Below are positions 27,232 to 36,738 of a DNA stretch of 41,229 nt, piece after piece. The stretch is from a virus (lineage: Duplodnaviria > Caudoviricetes), in IMG/VR virus record IMGVR_UViG_3300044484_000015, positions 1 to 41,229 of that record; one strand, given 5' to 3'. How positions within the stretch are numbered: position 1 is the stretch's first letter; each line of letters starts with the position of its first letter. The translations under genes were made by a program, and so were the position numbers. Below the pieces are notes generated by a model. That model was given only the letters and a program-made list of their open reading frames with translations, had not been told where the DNA came from and made no database searches.

Positions 27232-27881
27232 TGCTTCACCCGCGTGATGGCCAGCGTCACCGACGGCGACGCGGGGGCGTAGGCGGTGGCGGCGTGCGCC
27301 TGCAGAAACCCGCTGGTGCTGGTCGTTGCCCACATCACCTTCAGGACGTCGCCGGCGGCCAGCTGAAACAGCGCCGTGCGCGACACGACAATGGTTGCGC
27401 CATTGTTGTGCAAGCTGGCCACGATGGTGCTGCCGACGACGTCGGTGCCGTTCAGGCGCGGCCAGAAGCGGAACTCGATGGTGCTGGCGGAACTGCTGCT
27501 GATCTGCGCCGTAAAGGCCAGCATGTACAGGCCCGCCTCGCCGAACGTGATGTCGGTCAGGGGCGATCCTGTCAGCGTGATGCCGTCGAGCGAGATGCCG
27601 TCGAGCGTTATGGCGTAGGCGGTGTTGGCGGCGGCGGCCGTGATGTTGGCATCCTGCCCCAGCGTCGCCACGCCATCGGCGAGGACGATCTGTCGCCACT
27701 CGCCACTCTTGGAGACGACCGGGTAGCCCACGCTGGCGTCCCACAGGATCACGCCATCCTGCGTCGCGGGCGCGGCGCTGTCTTTGTACGTCAGGTTGTC
27801 CCACGTGCGGCCCAGCCAGCGGCGCAGGTCTTCGGCCCACATACCGACGTTGGGGCCGACCGGGGGCAGGCCAAATCTCAT
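27228..27881 (-). CDS. Tail-associated protein (needle/tip-like)
   Basis: Follows the nozzle gene; beta-rich C-terminus (GLYML.F.AQI, L.AGD). Confidence 0.55.
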   Translation of the reverse strand: MRFGLPPVGPNVGMWAEDLRRWLGRTWDNLTYKDSAAPATQDGVILWDASVGYPVVSKSGEWRQIVLADGVATLGQDANITAAAANTAYAITLDGISLDGITLTGSPLTDITFGEAGLYMLAFTAQISSSSASTIEFRFWPRLNGTDVVGSTIVASLHNNGATIVVSRTALFQLAAGDVLKVMWATTSTSGFLQAHAATAYAPASPSVTLAITRVKQ

Positions 27882-29353
27882 CGCCGGCCACCCGGCACGG
27901 CGTCAAGGCGCGGCGCGCCCCACCGCCAGTCGGTGTTCAGTTCGCCCGCCACGCGCATGGAGACCTGCCGGCCCGTGAAGCGGACGTTGGTGGGGTTTGC
28001 CATGGCGTACGGGCCGTAGGACCGCTCCGTGTCGTTGGGGTGGAAGCGGGTCTTGAATGTGACCGTGGCCTGCCCCTGCGTCTTTTCATCGGGGATAAAC
28101 TCGGTGGCCGCCATGACGTTGTCGCCCGCGCCGATCTGCACGGGGCCGCTTTCGGCGTAGGGCGTCGCGCCGGCCGTCTGGTTGCCGATTTCGTGGTTCA
28201 CGGCTTTGCCGTCTGCCGTCATCCAGATCGGCGTCGAAAACACGCCGCCATCGACGCCGCTGGTACGTACAATGCTGCCGGTCGCCCAGTGATTTTCTTC
28301 GTAGTTGTACGCGACGTAGCTGTCGTTTTCGAGGCTACCCTCGGAGGGGTAAAACCACCAAATCTCCATAAAGCGGGCGTTTGCCACGGCCGCGACTTTA
28401 GTGATCTGCGTGCGGTTCAGGCGGCCAAAAACGTAGTCGGATACCTCGCAGGGCACATCCGTCACCGCGCCGCCGGCGTAGGTATGGAAACCGCGCGGCC
28501 CCATCCAGAAGACGCCCGCATCGACTGCGGCGGCGCACAGGCGAGACACCGCGCCGCAGGATGAGCCGACCCGCTCGAAACCGTACACGAAGGGCGGCCC
28601 CTGATAGGTCGCCGTGTGGGCGTCTTGGTCGGTCAGGATCAGGGTCTGGCCGCGCGTGCGGATGCCCAGCATGACCTGCCCCGGCGTCTGCAGTTCGATG
28701 TCGCCCGCCTCGTTCGTCGCGGATGGCGTCCACACCGTGTTGTTTTCGCGATCCGACCACTGCACCTTCCGATAGTTCCCGCCCGCCCCCAGCGCGAACA
28801 GGAACCGCTCCTCGGTCACGACCAGCCCGCCGCAGTCTATTGGCGCGTTGGCGATTGCCACTGCGTCCGCTGCCGTGTTCAGCTGCCACTCAAGCAGGCG
28901 ACCGTCATTGGAGTTGCAGGCGACGAGGTACTCACCCCACGTGTCCAGAGACCACGTCGCGGCTGAACTGTACGAGCCGGTGTCCGGGCGCGTCAGGCCG
29001 TAGGCGGCCGTGCCATAGAACCCGCCCCCGTAGCCGATGTTCACCGCCGCATCCTTGGTCCCGCCCGCCAGCGCCGTGGGGCTGATGTCGTGAACCGTAT
29101 TACTGGCCAAACCGACGAACAGGCCGGCGTAGCTGCCGGCCGCAAACCAACGGTCGCCGCTGAGGTCGCGCCACGCGATAGCGCCGCGCAGGGGTTGATC
29201 TGTCATCGTGACGCGCGTCAGCCAGCCACCGACCGGCTGCATGGTGCCATCTGTCCAGCGCACCAGAGAGGCGTCACGCCACCGGCCCGCACTCTGCAGG
29301 TCGGTGCCGTTGCGGTACACCCCCGGCGGGATTTGGAGAGGGATCAGCGGCAT
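27878..29353 (-). CDS. Tail nozzle/head-closure protein (P22 gp10-like position)
   Basis: MPLIPLQIPPGV, WSLDTWGEYL, WSDRE, EIWWFYPS; beta-propeller-like 491 aa. Confidence 0.75.
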   Translation of the reverse strand: MPLIPLQIPPGVYRNGTDLQSAGRWRDASLVRWTDGTMQPVGGWLTRVTMTDQPLRGAIAWRDLSGDRWFAAGSYAGLFVGLASNTVHDISPTALAGGTKDAAVNIGYGGGFYGTAAYGLTRPDTGSYSSAATWSLDTWGEYLVACNSNDGRLLEWQLNTAADAVAIANAPIDCGGLVVTEERFLFALGAGGNYRKVQWSDRENNTVWTPSATNEAGDIELQTPGQVMLGIRTRGQTLILTDQDAHTATYQGPPFVYGFERVGSSCGAVSRLCAAAVDAGVFWMGPRGFHTYAGGAVTDVPCEVSDYVFGRLNRTQITKVAAVANARFMEIWWFYPSEGSLENDSYVAYNYEENHWATGSIVRTSGVDGGVFSTPIWMTADGKAVNHEIGNQTAGATPYAESGPVQIGAGDNVMAATEFIPDEKTQGQATVTFKTRFHPNDTERSYGPYAMANPTNVRFTGRQVSMRVAGELNTDWRWGAPRLDAVPGGRR

Positions 29354-29544
29354 GTCGCGGTCTTCTCGTTGTGGCTGACGACGGCGCGCAGCAGCGCCTC
29401 GTCGTTTTCTGCCAGCCAGTCTACCACAGCATCGCTGCCGATGTATATTGGGCCGGCAATGTCGCAGAAGTCACCGCTCGGGGCCACGCACCCAAGCAGA
29501 AGCCCGACGCTTGAGAGCGGCACGATCCATCGCTTCAACCTCAT
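29344..29544 (-). CDS. o-spanin (Rz1-like lipoprotein)
   Basis: LLLGC lipobox; overlaps the 3' end of the i-spanin. Confidence 0.7.
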   Translation of the reverse strand: MRLKRWIVPLSSVGLLLGCVAPSGDFCDIAGPIYIGSDAVVDWLAENDEALLRAVVSHNEKTATCR

Positions 29545-29683
29545 TTTCCACCTCGTTTGCCGCGCGGACGGCATCCAGCCGAATGACGTTGGTGTCGTTC
29601 TGGGCCGACTTCCGGCCGCCGAACCAGCTGGTCACCAGCGTGATGACGTAAAGGATCGCCGCCTGCAGAACCCGGCCCAGCAT
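29471..29683 (-). CDS. i-spanin (Rz-like)
   Basis: N-terminal TM plus helical domain; follows the holin. Confidence 0.65.
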   Translation of the reverse strand: MLGRVLQAAILYVITLVTSWFGGRKSAQNDTNVIRLDAVRAANEVENEVEAMDRAALKRRASAWVRGPER

Positions 29684-29865
29684 TACTCGGCCTTGCCGAC
29701 CGGGGTCGTGGTGATCAGGCGCAGGCCCATGTTGGCGGCGGCCACGATGATCACGGCCGTCGCCGGGCTGACGTGCTGCGACCAGTCCACGCCCGCGATC
29801 CACGTGATCGCGGCGGTGCCGATGACGGTCGCGCCGTTGATAAGCAGGGTGCGAAGTCCCTTCAT
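29683..29865 (-). CDS. Holin (2 TM)
   Basis: 60 aa, two hydrophobic segments, LRLITTTPVG end; GAGGAG RBS. Confidence 0.7.
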   Translation of the reverse strand: MKGLRTLLINGATVIGTAAITWIAGVDWSQHVSPATAVIIVAAANMGLRLITTTPVGKAE

Positions 29866-29875
29866 GGTGTTCTCC

Positions 29876-30280
29876 TCATTTTGCCGGGTAGGCCCGGCGA
29901 TCCAGTTCCCAGTGGGGGCTGTCCCAGCCCCAATCGTAGCCGAAGGTCATTTTGATGTTCAGACGCTCGGCTTCCTGCTTTGCGATGGGGATGAGGATGT
30001 CGAAGAGCCGCTTGTTGTACAGTTCCTCGGTCTCAATCTTACCATCTCGGTCGAGGTCGATGTAGGGCACGACGTCAATGGCGTGCCCCGTCAGGTGTCG
30101 GCTGTTCAGCGTCTTGGTCGCCTTGGCCGCCAGCAGCTGCTTCTGCCGCTCCAGCGTCCGCATGCCTTCGGTGATCCGCAGAGGCCACGGCGCGGCCTGC
30201 AGGACAGCGTCCGCCAGCCGCAAGAGGTCGCGGTGGACCCCGGCCCGGCGATCCGTGCTGACTTTATCCCACTGCCTCAT
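29876..30280 (-). CDS. Endolysin, peptidase M15 family
   Basis: EGMRT..RQ, SRHLTGHAIDV, WDSPHWEL zinc motifs. Confidence 0.9.
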   Translation of the reverse strand: MRQWDKVSTDRRAGVHRDLLRLADAVLQAAPWPLRITEGMRTLERQKQLLAAKATKTLNSRHLTGHAIDVVPYIDLDRDGKIETEELYNKRLFDILIPIAKQEAERLNIKMTFGYDWGWDSPHWELDRRAYPAK

Positions 30281-30576
30281 GGCGCGGTCCCCGCTGTCCT
30301 GACGATGTAGGCAAGTCCCGCGCCGACGATGAGCCAAAAGCCCTTGTCGATCAGGTGGTAGACGACGCCGCGTTTGGTGGATGTCTTTTCGACCTCGGTC
30401 AGGCGTTCGTCCAGATCGTCGTGCCGCTCGTCGTGCTTGTCGATCCGCTTGAACAGCGTGACCATGCGCTCCTCGATCCGCGCCATGGCCGTCACGACCT
30501 TGGTCAACTCGTCGATCTTGTCGCCGAGCTTGTCGAGGTTCTTTTCCAGTCGGTCGAAGCGCTGTTCATCAGCCAT
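30277..30576 (-). CDS. Coiled-coil protein with C-terminal TM (XhlA/holin-like)
   Basis: RLEK.LDK..ARIEER coiled coil, C-terminal FWLIVGAGLAYIV; coupled to the endolysin. Confidence 0.65.
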   Translation of the reverse strand: MADEQRFDRLEKNLDKLGDKIDELTKVVTAMARIEERMVTLFKRIDKHDERHDDLDERLTEVEKTSTKRGVVYHLIDKGFWLIVGAGLAYIVRTAGTAP

Positions 30577-30578
30577 GG

Positions 30579-31223
30579 TCATCTCCACGCGGCAACGGCA
30601 AGGTCTATGCTCGTGGTGACGCCACCAGAAGCGGTGTATGTGGTTGTCCCTCGCGAAGTCGGGGTCTGATACCAAGAAAAGTGCGACGTGGCGCTTTCGT
30701 ATGCTGCAGTGTTGACCCCGGGCGATGGGCCAATGTTTGCGGATACGGACATAGTGGTGAATCCCCCCGTCCCGGCCCCCAGCAGGATCGTGTTTGTCGG
30801 TGTCGGAACTGCGATGGCTACCGACGTTGCTGAGCCCGTTATAGCTGTTCCGGTAAAATATGGCGTGGAGCTTGTGTACCCACGCACCTCATACACGTCT
30901 AGGGCCGAGCGACCGGAGCCGCCTGAACCGGAGATGGTTTGCGATCCAGACAAGGTTGTTTCGCGGTACCAGACAGACGCCGACCGAAAGCCTTGAACCC
31001 CCGTTTGTGCCGCTAGTGTCATCGCAAGGCCACCAACCGTAACCCCGGAAGCTTCAGGCGATCCAGCGGGCTCACAACAGACGACAATCAGCTTTAGGCC
31101 AGCCGTGAACGTCTGAGCGCCGACAGGAAAACCGTCACCGCCCGTGGCGTTTCGTCCGATGTAGCTGACCGTCGGCGCAGCTCTTACATACTGCGGGTTC
31201 ATCGGCATCAGTGGGAAGGTCAT
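30579..31223 (-). CDS. Putative tail fibre tip/receptor-binding protein
   Basis: Beta-rich, Thr/Ser/Gly-rich, lower GC; coupled to the tail fibre gene. Confidence 0.55.
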   Translation of the reverse strand: MTFPLMPMNPQYVRAAPTVSYIGRNATGGDGFPVGAQTFTAGLKLIVVCCEPAGSPEASGVTVGGLAMTLAAQTGVQGFRSASVWYRETTLSGSQTISGSGGSGRSALDVYEVRGYTSSTPYFTGTAITGSATSVAIAVPTPTNTILLGAGTGGFTTMSVSANIGPSPGVNTAAYESATSHFSWYQTPTSRGTTTYTASGGVTTSIDLAVAAWR

Positions 31224-31942
31224 TGTGATGCCACCACGTTTGCAATGGCAGCCCCAAGGCCAAGTCTGGTGATGTACAGGTAGAAGGAGTGCCCGTTCGT
31301 TGTGGTGAACGGATCGCCGGTGACGCGAGCAAAACCCGAGAAGGTTATAACCCCGGCGCTCGCGTTATTGACGATGTACACCACCAAACTCACCGCATCG
31401 CCGCTGCCAACAGTCGGGGCTGCCAGCGTGAATGCACCGCCGTTGATGATGTATTGCCAGTTGCGGTTGCCCGCCGAAAGTGACGGGGTGAACGTCCCAG
31501 AAGAGTATACCGTCCCGTTGGGGGCAAATGTGCTTACGAACACGCCCTCAAGGGTGTCACCTGCAGTGACAACCTTGGCGTCCAGCTGCGTCTGGATAGC
31601 CGAGGTGACGCCATCAACGTAATTGAGTTCAGTCACGGTCAGCGTCGCGCCGTCCAGAATGTTCAACTCTGCCGTCGTCGCGGTGACGCCGTCAAGGATG
31701 TTCAACTCTGCCGTCGTCGCGGTGACGCCATCGAGGATGTTCAGTTCCGCCGCCGTGGCCGTGACGGCCGTGCCGCCGACTTTCCACTGGCCCGCCGTCA
31801 GGTTCGGTTTGATCGCCGTCGTGCCGTCGAGCAGGTCATCCAGCGCGTCCATGTCGGCATTCAGCTTTGTGCCCCACGTGTCCGCGCTGGCCCCAACCTC
31901 GGGCTTCACAAGGCCAAATGTCGTCGTCGTTGTATCGGCCAT
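31220..31942 (-). CDS. Tail fibre protein with ELNILDG repeats
   Basis: [19 protein letters not shown] anchor; 13-aa repeats ELNILDG x3 plus ELNYVDG. Confidence 0.8.
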   Translation of the reverse strand: MADTTTTTFGLVKPEVGASADTWGTKLNADMDALDDLLDGTTAIKPNLTAGQWKVGGTAVTATAAELNILDGVTATTAELNILDGVTATTAELNILDGATLTVTELNYVDGVTSAIQTQLDAKVVTAGDTLEGVFVSTFAPNGTVYSSGTFTPSLSAGNRNWQYIINGGAFTLAAPTVGSGDAVSLVVYIVNNASAGVITFSGFARVTGDPFTTTNGHSFYLYITRLGLGAAIANVVASQ

Positions 31943-31973
31943 GGCTGCGGCTCCTGTGATTAGTCGCGGTGCA

Positions 31974-32921
31974 TTATACCGCTTCGGCCCAGTCTACGCT
32001 ATCCTGATTTGCAGGCGTCCAAGTCTCGCCCGGCGTCGGCTGTGGCGTCCATGTTTCGGGGTTGGCCGATTGCGCGCCCCACGTGGCCGGATCGACCCCC
32101 TCCTGCACCCAAAAGCGGGCCAAGCCGACCGCGATGACGGTCGTCGTGCCGGTGGCCGATCCGACCGACGTCAGTGTGATAACCCGGACGCCCGCCGCGA
32201 CCGCCGTCGCGATCCCCGCGCTGGTGCCGACTGCGTCCGACGCATAATTCGCCGCGCCGGCTGCGACGGCCGTCGCTGCGCCGGTGGCCGTGCCGGCGGC
32301 CGCGCCCGTCGCTGCGCCGATGGCCGTGGCCGTCGATGTGGCGGTCGCTGCGCCCGCGCCGGCGTCCGTGGCGGCCCCGGCGGCGCTGGCGGTGGCGACA
32401 CCTCCAGATACGCCCGCAGCGGCCCGCACAGAGGCCCCAGCCGCGCTGGCGATGGCAACACCAGACGACGTGCCTGTGGCGGCGTCTGTGGCCGCGCCGA
32501 CGGCGCTGGCGGTGGCTGCGCCGGCCGATGAGCCGGCGGCGCTGGAGACGCTGCCGGCGGTGTCGCCCACGGCCGTGGCGGTGGCGCTGCCGGCGGCCGA
32601 GCCATCGGCGGCGCGCACGCTGGCCCCAGTGGCCGTCGCGGCGGCGACGCCGGCGGAACTGCCGGCGGCCGATCTGATAGCCTGCCCTGTCGCGGTGGCG
32701 GCCCCGACGCCCGCCGATGAGCCGGCGGCGGCGCGGTTACTGGCTCCTGTCGCGGTGGCGGCCCCGACGCCCGCCGACGTGCCGGCGGCCGCGGGGATAC
32801 TGGCCCCGGTCGCCGTGGCGGTTGCTGCGCCGGCGGCGGTGCCGACCGCCGATCCGGCGGAGGTGGCAATCGTTGCGTCGTCGCCTAGCGGGGCGGCGGC
32901 GAGGGGCGAAAAGCCAAGCAT
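31974..32921 (-). CDS. Ala/Gly/Thr-rich repetitive virion protein
   Basis: [15 protein letters not shown] start; ~20-aa repeats AAGxSAGxAxAxAxG; ETWT tail repeats. Confidence 0.75.
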   Translation of the reverse strand: MLGFSPLAAAPLGDDATIATSAGSAVGTAAGAATATATGASIPAAAGTSAGVGAATATGASNRAAAGSSAGVGAATATGQAIRSAAGSSAGVAAATATGASVRAADGSAAGSATATAVGDTAGSVSSAAGSSAGAATASAVGAATDAATGTSSGVAIASAAGASVRAAAGVSGGVATASAAGAATDAGAGAATATSTATAIGAATGAAAGTATGAATAVAAGAANYASDAVGTSAGIATAVAAGVRVITLTSVGSATGTTTVIAVGLARFWVQEGVDPATWGAQSANPETWTPQPTPGETWTPANQDSVDWAEAV

Positions 32922-32930
32922 GCGTCCCCC

Positions 32931-33335
32931 TTAGGCCGTTATCGTGGCCGCAATTCGGAAGAAGTCATCGAGATCGTCTTGGTCCATCCCCAGCTGCGGG
33001 GCCACGTTGTTGACAAGCTGGCTGTCGCGCCGGAACTCGTAGACGTCTTCCCACGCCATGGCCGCCTCAGTACCCTGCGCGATGACCAGCGCCTCGGCGT
33101 CGTCCAGCAGGCCCATCTGGTACAGCCGCTGCCGAGCCTGAAAGCGCGAGATCGTCTGCGGCACCGGCTCGGGCTGCGCGGGCGGGGCGGGCGGCGGCAA
33201 ATATGACCCGTCGGCGGGCACGTAGAAGCACCCGACAGAGACAGTCGGGCCAGCGTCGGGCCACGCGGCGTTGTCGGCCGACGGCTCCTGTAGATCGATG
33301 ACGCGGTTGTCTTGATCGAGCAGCGCTTTCCTCAT
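32931..33335 (-). CDS. Tail fibre assembly chaperone-like protein
   Basis: VPQTISRFQAR..L...GLL, WE...EF.RDS, LDDFF..A. Confidence 0.7.
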   Translation of the reverse strand: MRKALLDQDNRVIDLQEPSADNAAWPDAGPTVSVGCFYVPADGSYLPPPAPPAQPEPVPQTISRFQARQRLYQMGLLDDAEALVIAQGTEAAMAWEDVYEFRRDSQLVNNVAPQLGMDQDDLDDFFRIAATITA

Positions 33336-34480
33336 CAGTAATCAGTCTCCACATAGGTGCTGATGAAATCGAGTTCGCTCTGCGCGCCGGTGGCGTTGTT
33401 GGTGATCCACGCCACCGGGGCCATGAAGGTGGTATTGGTCGGGATGTTGGTGGTCAGCGTGCCGCTCGTCTGCTGGCCCGTGGACCAGTTGACGACGCGG
33501 TAGCCGATGCTCGACCCGTTGGGGGCTGAGAACAGCGCAATCTCGTAGAGATCGGTGTTGTTGATGGGGAAACTCGCGCCCAGTGCGATGTTCGTCGGAG
33601 CGGTGCCCGTGACGTTATGGACAAGCGTCCAGTTGGCCCCGGCCCCGCTTTGAGCCAAGCCGATCTTGCCGGGCGTAGTGCTGGACAACGGATCGACGTT
33701 TGTCGGGTTGGCGACGCTATCCGAGATGCCGATGAACGACCGCTGCCCGGTCTGGAGCGTGCCAGACAGCGCGAAGCGTGTGGCGACGAAGAAACCGCCA
33801 AGGCCGGCCGCGTTGCCGCGCCAGATGCGGAGCGTGTTGGCCCGGATGTAGGCCACCGTCCCGGCGGTGGTGCCGGTGCGGATGGTGCCGCGATATGTCT
33901 GGTTCCGAAGCGAGGTTGACGCCAGTGTCGGGATAAGCGGCGCGGATGCCGACGCTGCCGTGTACGGCATGTTGCCGATCACGTCCGCAAATGTGGCTGC
34001 CGTGGTGGTGTTGCCGCCGCGCCAGATTGCGACGTTGTTTAGACCAATGTGCGGCTGCAGGGGGTAATCCACCCCCGTCGGCCCCATCCACTTCGGAATG
34101 ATCCGGCCGGCCAGAGACCGAGCGTAGAGCAGGCCATGATCGGCCGGCGGAACCGCCGGCTCAGCTGCTTGCGCCGGGAAGTCGATGGTCTCGAAGTCCT
34201 CGGCGATGGCGCTGATGAAGACCGTCGCGGAGCCAGACAGGCTCAGCAGCGAGCCGGTGCTGCTCTGGATCAGCGTGCGCGCGAGCGTGGTGCCGGTGGC
34301 GGTGTACGTCCCCTTCCCGATCTCCCACGCCGTGCCATCCTCGATGGTGTAATGCACGACCTCGGCATCGACCACGCCGGCCGCCGCGAAGGTCTGAAAA
34401 CCAGACGACGCCGAGCCGAGCGTGACGGTGCCCGTCCCGGTCGTCGCCGTGGTCATCTTGGCGCGGTTGGCCAGCTTCAT
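33335..34480 (-). CDS. Tail fibre/virion structural protein
   Basis: NRAK.TT.TTGTGT.TLG..GFQTF, WEIG.GTY N-terminal domain; beta-rich C-terminus. Confidence 0.75.
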   Translation of the reverse strand: MKLANRAKMTTATTGTGTVTLGSASSGFQTFAAAGVVDAEVVHYTIEDGTAWEIGKGTYTATGTTLARTLIQSSTGSLLSLSGSATVFISAIAEDFETIDFPAQAAEPAVPPADHGLLYARSLAGRIIPKWMGPTGVDYPLQPHIGLNNVAIWRGGNTTTAATFADVIGNMPYTAASASAPLIPTLASTSLRNQTYRGTIRTGTTAGTVAYIRANTLRIWRGNAAGLGGFFVATRFALSGTLQTGQRSFIGISDSVANPTNVDPLSSTTPGKIGLAQSGAGANWTLVHNVTGTAPTNIALGASFPINNTDLYEIALFSAPNGSSIGYRVVNWSTGQQTSGTLTTNIPTNTTFMAPVAWITNNATGAQSELDFISTYVETDY

Positions 34481-34484
34481 TCGA

Positions 34485-34913
34485 TCAGTCCTCGGTGATA
34501 GCCGTCGCCGTGGTCAGGCGCGGCGTGACGCCCGTGGAGATGGAGATCGTGGGCGAGATCGTGCCCTTGTACAGCACCTTACCCACGCCCGTGGAGGCCG
34601 TGCCGACGGCCCAGTGGGTCGCGGTGGCGGTGCCGGCCGTGCAGGCCCCGAAGTCGATGTTGGCCGCCGGGCTGACGCTGTTGGCCGTGACCGTGAAGCC
34701 GCCGCTGTTGCGGTTGACCCCGACGCGAGCGTAGCCGGTGTAGGCCACCTCGTTCGTGGTCTGCGATCCGGCTTCGCCGACGTCGGCCGTGTGCAGCGAG
34801 ACGAACAGCTGCGTCAGCGGCGAGGTGGCCGCGTTGTCGGCCACGTTGGTGATGGCGGTGGCGTTGAAGATCAGCTTGAGCAGATCATTCTCAAAGGTAT
34901 CACCCTTGGACAT
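34485..34913 (-). CDS. Virion structural protein (fibre-associated)
   Basis: [26 protein letters not shown]. Confidence 0.75.
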   Translation of the reverse strand: MSKGDTFENDLLKLIFNATAITNVADNAATSPLTQLFVSLHTADVGEAGSQTTNEVAYTGYARVGVNRNSGGFTVTANSVSPAANIDFGACTAGTATATHWAVGTASTGVGKVLYKGTISPTISISTGVTPRLTTATAITED

Positions 34914-35527
34914 TACATTCCCCTAGTGCGAAGGCGCAGACCCGACCCGCTGTAGCGGGCGCGGTCGGACGCGGCGTTTTGGTTGGTTACGGCGCTTTGG
35001 TACATTCCTGCCCAAACCACCGCGCGCGCATCGTCTTTCAGATACGGGGCCGACTGGATCAGCGCACCGTACAGGTAGACATCGGGGGCCGCCGTCAGCA
35101 GCCAGTTGGTCGGGGCTGCGACCGAGAGCGACGTGATCTTGCCGTAGTACAGGATTTCGATGGTGTACTCGGCGTCTGGCGTCGGAAACATTTCCAGCCC
35201 GCCGGCGGTGTGGGCGTAGTGGGTGGGTTTGCCGGGGATGTCGCCGCGCTGGGCGCGCATGTCGGCCAGCGCGCCGTTTGACACCATCTCGATCCGCGAC
35301 GACGTGCCCGTGATCTGGACGCGCAGCGTCTCGACCCAGTCGGCCGGCAGGGCGCTGTATTGCGTGTCTACCGTGGCCGTGCTGCGCTTTTCCATGCGGA
35401 AGTCCCGCACGCTGCGGCTGATGTCGGCCTCGGCCAGCTTGATGAACGTCGGGATGACAGCCGTCAGGTCTTCCCGGTTGAGGAAGTCCGCGATGGCCGC
35501 CTTCAGTTCGTCGTAATCGGCGATCAT
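34913..35527 (-). CDS. Head-tail adaptor protein
   Basis: [41 protein letters not shown]. Confidence 0.85.
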   Translation of the reverse strand: MIADYDELKAAIADFLNREDLTAVIPTFIKLAEADISRSVRDFRMEKRSTATVDTQYSALPADWVETLRVQITGTSSRIEMVSNGALADMRAQRGDIPGKPTHYAHTAGGLEMFPTPDAEYTIEILYYGKITSLSVAAPTNWLLTAAPDVYLYGALIQSAPYLKDDARAVVWAGMYQSAVTNQNAASDRARYSGSGLRLRTRGM

Positions 35528-35661
35528 TTCTTGCCCTTCTTGGCCTTGCCCGCCTTACTCAAGGCGATGGCAATGGCCTGCTTCTGCGGCTTGCCCGACT
35601 TCATCTCGGTGCGAATGTTCGCCGAGATCGTTTTGCTGCTTTTTCCGCTCTTCAGTGGCAC
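35524..35661 (-). CDS. Small Lys-rich phage protein, 45 aa (not in ORF track)
   Basis: [45 protein letters not shown]; GAGG RBS; ATGA-coupled to the adaptor. Confidence 0.8.
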   Translation of the reverse strand: MPLKSGKSSKTISANIRTEMKSGKPQKQAIAIALSKAGKAKKGKK

Positions 35662-35708
35662 GTTTGAGGCCCTCTTTGTAGCGCGTCAAGAAATCCGTCC
35701 GTTCCATT

Positions 35709-36737
35709 TTACCTGTACCCTAGTCTCTTCATTTCGCGATCCAGTTCCTGCACCGCGAGGTCGTAATCGTCGGTCAGCAGACCGCCGCGCCCCTGCACGA
35801 CAGGTATTCCTGCGGCGGGGTTCCTTGCCATAAATACCAGATCAGGCCGCCCTCCGCTATAGCGCGCATTGGCGGCCATAAAGGCATCCGTTGCCTCGTC
35901 GCCCCAATCCCCTCGCGCGATGTCCTCTGCGAACGGTAGGCGCGACACCGGCTGGAACCCGCCCCGCCCGTACATGCCCGTCAAAGCCGTGTCGAAGGCG
36001 TTGAGCCAGTTCCCACCATCGGGTTCGGATCGCCGCAAGACGGCCCCCGAAAAGTCCTTGAACGGCGATCCCTTTGCCTTCACGACACTGGCCACCTCGC
36101 CGTCAGGCTTCACGACGTACCCGGCGTCGCCCTGCGGTGTCATAGCCATCCGCATGCCCGCATATTGGTCGGGGCTGTACACGTCCACCGACTTGCCGAT
36201 TGGGCCGTGGCTGGCTTGCGCCTCGCGCAGCTGGCGGGCGAAATAATCGCGGGCAATCGGGTGATCTGCCACGTCGATCATCCCCTCGCGCAGGCCGGCG
36301 GCGGCCGGCTTTACGCCGCCACGCAGGGCGGCAACGCCGGGCACGATGTCCAGCAGCGAAAATGCGGCATTGGCGGCCCCCGATCCAACATTCCCCTCAC
36401 CGAAATCGCGCCGCGCCTGCTCCGCGCTCATCACGCCGCCGACGAAGGGGATGAAGTCCATCAGGCCTGCCACCTTGTCCGCCATGCGGTATCCGCCACG
36501 CTCGCTCATACCGGGCAGGCTGGACAGCGCGGGGGCCAGAACACCGGCGACTGCCTCGCGTGCCGTGGGCGTCCGCGCCTCCAGCGTCGGCTGGGCCTCG
36601 GCCGTCCACGCTGGGCGCAGCATGTCATCCAGACGCATCAACTCATCCATCTCGGCGGGGCGGATGTCGCCCCGCTCGTATAGGCGGTAGAGGCTGTCGT
36701 AGGCCGTCTCTAGCCGTGCGCGCTCTTCAGGGTTCAC
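35709..36737 (-). CDS. Pre-toxin-like domain plus C-terminal GNAT-like domain (putative packaged effector)
   Basis: DFIPFVG...G..GSG..AA..LLDIVPGV segment; GYVVKPDGEVASV..GGNWLNAFD..L..MY..GGF.PVSR..PDLVFM. Confidence 0.6.
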   Translation of the reverse strand: MNPEERARLETAYDSLYRLYERGDIRPAEMDELMRLDDMLRPAWTAEAQPTLEARTPTAREAVAGVLAPALSSLPGMSERGGYRMADKVAGLMDFIPFVGGVMSAEQARRDFGEGNVGSGAANAAFSLLDIVPGVAALRGGVKPAAAGLREGMIDVADHPIARDYFARQLREAQASHGPIGKSVDVYSPDQYAGMRMAMTPQGDAGYVVKPDGEVASVVKAKGSPFKDFSGAVLRRSEPDGGNWLNAFDTALTGMYGRGGFQPVSRLPFAEDIARGDWGDEATDAFMAANARYSGGRPDLVFMARNPAAGIPVVQGRGGLLTDDYDLAVQELDREMKRLGYR

Positions 36738-36738
36738 G

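Noticed and set aside
31620-31760. DGR template/variable repeat pair in the tail fibre
   Set aside because: These are in-frame 39-bp coding repeats; no reverse transcriptase and no adenine-specific variation
31974-32002. Internal promoter at minus-strand TATAAT upstream of the tail fibre gene
   Set aside because: Perfect -10 but no convincing -35 at 16-18 bp; left uncalled
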